A stretch of DNA of 39,343 nucleotides from an uncultured Alphaproteobacteria bacterium (GTDB lineage: Bacteria; Pseudomonadota; Alphaproteobacteria; TMED109), in the NCBI GenBank assembly GCA_963934475.1, contig CAWVYV010000001.1, forward strand, positions 1 through 39,343, written 5' to 3'. Positions within the stretch are counted from its first letter, which is position 1; each line of letters starts with the position of its first letter. The notes below the pieces were generated by a model. It had not been told where the DNA came from. It searched no databases and saw only the letters and a program-made list of their open reading frames with translations. Position numbers and translations under genes: made by a program. This document shows positions 35,839-39,343 of the stretch, one piece after another.

Positions 35839-37278
35839 TTAATGGATAATTGGCTCAGACAATATCCATAAACTAAATACCGTATACAAAATCATAAAAA
35901 TAGATAAGGGGAAATGTGCCTTAATAGCATTTTTTTTATTTACTACTAATGTATAAGCAATTTTTTGCGAAATAATTATTGACGCTATATGTCCAATTAT
36001 GACACTAAATAAAATTACACTCCATCCTATTTTAGCATTGATTATAAATGGGTTTATTTTATAATTTGCTGTATTAAATAAATCCCAACCTAAATTTAAT
36101 GGGTCAGATAACAATGGAAAAGCTAGTTGACCTGCAATTAATAAAAATGAAAAATAATGCGCTACATGGTAAGCAGCGGCTATAGGTATCAATGAAGGTG
36201 CAAAAATTATAATAAGAGACTTTATATTATAATCTTGTTTATAATATTTTAACCCTTTAGCACAACTTACAGAAAATAAAATGAATAAAAGCATAGGCAT
36301 AAAAATAATACCTAATGTATCAAGTATAATGTGAAGGTCACCAAACACAGATACTAGAAATTTAAATATAGGTATTAAAAATGAGATTGATATTATAAAT
36401 AATTTAAAATTATTCCAAAAGTTTGTTTCTAATAATCCATCAAAACTAATACTTGAGACAGCAATAATAATAAATATAGTGGAATATATGTTGCCTTTAC
36501 CCATTAATATTCCTGAAAATGGCATTCTAAGACTAGCTTTATTTAAATTATTAAATGGTTTATATATTCCTATTCTACCTAACATACCAAAATATATAGA
36601 AAAAATTTCGGCATAAGAAAACCAACGAACTCTTCCATATATAAACATACCTAAAAATGTAATTAATGAGTAAGCAACTAAAAATAAAGATAAATTTTTA
36701 GGAACCTCTCTACCGGGGTATACTATTGCGAACCAAAGAAATATAGTTAGCAGAAATACACCTAAAATACTTACTTCTTTTATAGATTTTCTTTTCAGCC
36801 TTTTAGCCCATTTAAATTTATATAAACTTTTTATCAATAAGGTGAATGAATAAAACCAAGGATTAAGTCTAGGCCATATATTACCACTAATTATGGATAA
36901 ATAAGCAAATCCAACCCAGAACCATACCCAAATAAACACATTTAGAATATTATTTAATGGTCCTTGATCTCCATAATAGCCTATATATATAAGTAGTATT
37001 AAAATTAAAGAGCTTAAAATACCTAACCATTTATTATTATAAATATGCCTCTCAGATACTACTTTGCTAGATTTAATACTTTTATTTATAAAATATTTTG
37101 AGAAAACTAAAGTTATAATAATGATAAGAATAGATGCTATAAAATATATATATATAGGAATAGGTAATTCGTACCTTACATTCAGTCCATGAGAAAATGC
37201 GATTGAAGGAAAAAAAACAATAGATATAACTCTAAGTAATATATTACTTAGTAGGTAAAAATGGGATTTTTTTACCAT
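35839..37278 (-). CDS. polytopic (12 or more TM) membrane protein, unknown family
   Basis: 479-aa ORF. The N-terminal signal-like segment ends IAFS|HG, followed by LNVRYELPIP and then TM helices. Intramembrane AAYHVAHYFSF and IIGHIASI. No family recognised by eye. Confidence 0.6.
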   Translation of the reverse strand: MVKKSHFYLLSNILLRVISIVFFPSIAFSHGLNVRYELPIPIYIYFIASILIIIITLVFSKYFINKSIKSSKVVSERHIYNNKWLGILSSLILILLIYIGYYGDQGPLNNILNVFIWVWFWVGFAYLSIISGNIWPRLNPWFYSFTLLIKSLYKFKWAKRLKRKSIKEVSILGVFLLTIFLWFAIVYPGREVPKNLSLFLVAYSLITFLGMFIYGRVRWFSYAEIFSIYFGMLGRIGIYKPFNNLNKASLRMPFSGILMGKGNIYSTIFIIIAVSSISFDGLLETNFWNNFKLFIISISFLIPIFKFLVSVFGDLHIILDTLGIIFMPMLLFILFSVSCAKGLKYYKQDYNIKSLIIIFAPSLIPIAAAYHVAHYFSFLLIAGQLAFPLLSDPLNLGWDLFNTANYKINPFIINAKIGWSVILFSVIIGHIASIIISQKIAYTLVVNKKNAIKAHFPLSIFMILYTVFSLWILSEPIIH

Positions 37279-37573
37279 CAGTTATATTTTTCTTAACTAT
37301 AGTTTTATTTTTGGTACACCCAATTTTAATAAATAGTTCTACCTGCCCTAAACCATCTTCACCTTTGCAAAGACTTACTGGTAAATTTGATTTGGCACCA
37401 ATTAAATCATCATGCAGCACTTTATTACATATTAAATCAGTAACTTTTACCTGAGAGTTCATCTCTGATAAATTAACTATAAAAACTTCTAATGTGTCTG
37501 AAGAATAAGCAGAAGATTGGCATAGTAAAATAAAAATGAACACTAGTTTTAAGTATAGATTTTTCATGTACAA
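37244..37573 (-). CDS. small secreted Cys-containing protein, unknown function
   Basis: 109-aa ORF (the start may be the third codon, MKNLYLKL...). Signal peptide ...LLCQSSAYS|SD, with three Cys in the mature part. Its 3' end overlaps the next gene by 35 nt. Confidence 0.5.
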   Translation of the reverse strand: MYMKNLYLKLVFIFILLCQSSAYSSDTLEVFIVNLSEMNSQVKVTDLICNKVLHDDLIGAKSNLPVSLCKGEDGLGQVELFIKIGCTKNKTIVKKNITDGKKIPFLPTK

Positions 37574-37666
37574 CTTTCTAATATTTAACTGTTATAATAC
37601 TATCATTTATTAAAATACTATACTATCCATTAGTTAATTAATAAATGGTTTAAATAATATAATAAT

Positions 37667-38149
37667 TTATAATTTGGTTGGATTAGGCATATTTTTATAT
37701 ACCTTTTCGGGATCAAAAGATTTTTCATCTTCTATAAATTTTAAAGGTTCTGCAATACCAGACTCTCCTATAGAAACTTCTCTATAAAAACAACTTCTAT
37801 AGCCCACATGACAAGAAGCTTCATTTCCTCCTAAATCAGGGCCTGTCAAAGAGACTTCTATGACTAAACTATCTTGGTCATCATCAATTAGCATTCTATC
37901 TAATTTCTGAACCATTCCAGACGTCTCACCTTTTTTCCATATACTCTCTCTAGACCTTGACCAATAATGTGCATAGCCTGATGATATTGTTAATTTTAAT
38001 GCCTCCTCATTCATATAAGCAAACATTAAAACTTCTTTAGTCTCTGCGTGTATAGTTATACAAGGTATCACACCTTTCTCATCAAACTTTGGTGTAAGGT
38101 CTGTACCTTCTTCAACTTGTTCTATAGAGACTCTTTTTTTAAAACTCAT
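37667..38149 (-). CDS. hisI: phosphoribosyl-AMP cyclohydrolase
   Basis: 160-aa ORF with SRSRESIWKKGETSG and IDDDQDSLVIEV...CHVGYRSCFY, the HisI Zn/Mg site pattern. Confidence 0.85.
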   Translation of the reverse strand: MSFKKRVSIEQVEEGTDLTPKFDEKGVIPCITIHAETKEVLMFAYMNEEALKLTISSGYAHYWSRSRESIWKKGETSGMVQKLDRMLIDDDQDSLVIEVSLTGPDLGGNEASCHVGYRSCFYREVSIGESGIAEPLKFIEDEKSFDPEKVYKNMPNPTKL

Positions 38150-38261
38150 TTATTTACTGTCTAACTATGTTATCGTGTATTAGAAATTAATAATTTAAAA
38201 CTTACATAAAAAAACTATAAATTAAAAGAAATAATCTTTGAAAAGTAAACATACTATATAT

Positions 38262-38301
38262 ATATATGTATAAATATATGTATGTATAATAATATATGTA
38301 T
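38262..38301. repeat. three perfect copies of ATATATGTAT in the hisI-folE divergent promoter
   Basis: The copies lie at 38262-38271, 38274-38283 and 38292-38301 (spacing 12 and 18 bp), within a TA/TG-only tract at 38251-38307, 37-76 nt upstream of the folE ATG. Confidence 0.7.
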
Positions 38302-38337
38302 TATATGAAAGAATTGTTAAAATAAATCGGAGCCGCC

Positions 38338-38937
38338 ATGATTGATGACAAAACTACTAATAAAAAATTTGTACGGCCTACAAGAGAAGAAGCTATGGAA
38401 GCCGTCAAGACAATGCTTGCATGGGCTGGAGATGATCCAACTAGAGAAGGTTTATTAGAAACCCCAAAAAGAGTAGTTAAAGCTTATGAAGAATTTTTTA
38501 GCGGTTACAATATGGACCCAGATGAAATATTAAATAAAACTTTTGAAGAAGTTGCCGGTTATGACGAAATGATAATTATTAAAGATATCCGTTTAGAATC
38601 TCATTGTGAACATCATATGGTTCCAATATTGGGCAAAGCTCACCTAGCTTATATACCCAATAATCGTGTAGTAGGGATAAGCAAATTAGCTAGAATTGTA
38701 GATGTATATGGCAAAAGATTACAAACTCAAGAAACCATGACTGCTCAAATAGCGAATTCTATTCAAAGAGTACTCGACCCTAAAGGTGTAGCTGTAGTAA
38801 TTGATGCAGGACACCAGTGTATGACTACAAGAGGAATCCATAAAACAAATGCAACTACTATTACTAGTCAAATGCTAGGCATTTTTAGAAGTGACTATAG
38901 AACAAGGTCTGAATTCATGAATTTAATAAAAAGTTAA
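38338..38937 (+). CDS. folE: GTP cyclohydrolase I (type 1)
   Basis: 199-aa ORF with [31 protein letters not shown] and RLQTQE. An SD (CGGAGCC) precedes the ATG. Confidence 0.95.
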   Translation: MIDDKTTNKKFVRPTREEAMEAVKTMLAWAGDDPTREGLLETPKRVVKAYEEFFSGYNMDPDEILNKTFEEVAGYDEMIIIKDIRLESHCEHHMVPILGKAHLAYIPNNRVVGISKLARIVDVYGKRLQTQETMTAQIANSIQRVLDPKGVAVVIDAGHQCMTTRGIHKTNATTITSQMLGIFRSDYRTRSEFMNLIKS

Positions 38938-38969
38938 TTTCTTAATTATTTATTAAATTGGGGGAAATT

Positions 38970-39343
38970 ATGGGAATAATATCTATAACACCATCAGTTC
39001 CTATAATTTTAGCATCTGCTTCTAAAATACGAGCGGAGATTTTAAAAAATACAGGCCTGCTTTTTTCTATAAAAAAATCTGATGTAAATGAAGATGAATT
39101 AAAAAAAAAATTACTTAATAAAAGCATACAAGAAGAAGCAAAAATTCTGGCATGTGCAAAAGCCTCTAATATAAGTCAAAAAAATCCTAATGAATATATA
39201 ATTGGTGCAGATCAAATATGCAGCCTTAATGATAAAATATATAGCAAGCCAATAACTATGGATAATGCAATTCAGCAGTTAACTGATCTATCTGGTAAAA
39301 CTCATAAACAAACAAGTGCTATATGCCTGTATTATAAAAATGA
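38970..39343 (+). CDS. maf: Maf-like nucleoside triphosphate pyrophosphatase (5' part; runs off the window)
   Basis: Absent from the track because no stop lies in the window. Hand translation from the ATG at 38970 (preceded by GGGGGAAAT) gives MGIISITPSVPIILASASKIRAEILKNTGL...IIGADQICSLNDKIYSKP...LSGKTHKQTSAICLY. It has the Maf motifs ILAS.S..R, GADQ, KP and LSG+TH. Confidence 0.8.
   Translation, partial: MGIISITPSVPIILASASKIRAEILKNTGLLFSIKKSDVNEDELKKKLLNKSIQEEAKILACAKASNISQKNPNEYIIGADQICSLNDKIYSKPITMDNAIQQLTDLSGKTHKQTSAICLYYKN

Noticed and set aside
1-39343. Looked for CRISPR arrays, transposases, integrases, phage genes, toxin-antitoxin pairs, tRNA/rRNA genes and known defence genes.
   Set aside because: I found no direct-repeat/spacer architecture, no GC-rich tRNA-like segments in any spacer, and no ORF with recombinase, nuclease or ATPase defence-type motifs. 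The only Abi-related hit is the CPBP protease, which is a widespread housekeeping family.

Overview
This is a very AT-rich window (roughly 30% G+C by eye) and it is extremely gene-dense: about 43 protein-coding genes and well over 90% coding. It looks like core chromosome of a genome-streamlined marine heterotroph. A SAR11/Pelagibacter-like alphaproteobacterium is my best guess, but that is inference from composition, gene packing and gene content only. I see no rRNA, tRNA, CRISPR array, transposase, integrase, phage gene or recognisable defence gene. Housekeeping genes (prfC, purT, GTP-type PEPCK, aceA, gpmA, hisI, folE, maf, pncA) are interleaved with an unusually heavy load of small-organic-acid and acyl-CoA enzymes. 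These include three crotonases, a DmdB-like acyl-CoA ligase, an acyl-CoA dehydrogenase, a hotdog thioesterase, a family III CoA-transferase, AcuI/YhdH, a second MDR reductase and a nitronate monooxygenase. Four loci deserve a second look. (1) At 34.2-37.6 kb, a secreted beta-propeller looks like a short selenium-binding-protein/methanethiol-oxidase (SBP56/MtoX) homologue. It sits among three unrecognisable His/Cys-bearing membrane or secreted proteins instead of the usual SCO1/MauG partners. (2) At 1.9-7.9 kb there is an orphan cluster: a PanB-fold protein lacking the PanB metal motifs, two PhyH dioxygenases, an enolase-superfamily enzyme, a VOC protein and an MhpD-like hydratase. (3) A LarA-like (DUF2088) gene is co-transcribed with a thioesterase inside the acyl-CoA island, with no larBCE nearby. 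(4) An alkaline-ceramidase-fold membrane protein overlaps a CPBP protease gene tail-to-tail. All ten convergent gene junctions have 12 nt or less between stops, and two of them overlap. All protein-family calls come from motif recognition by eye against remembered family signatures. None has been checked by a database search.
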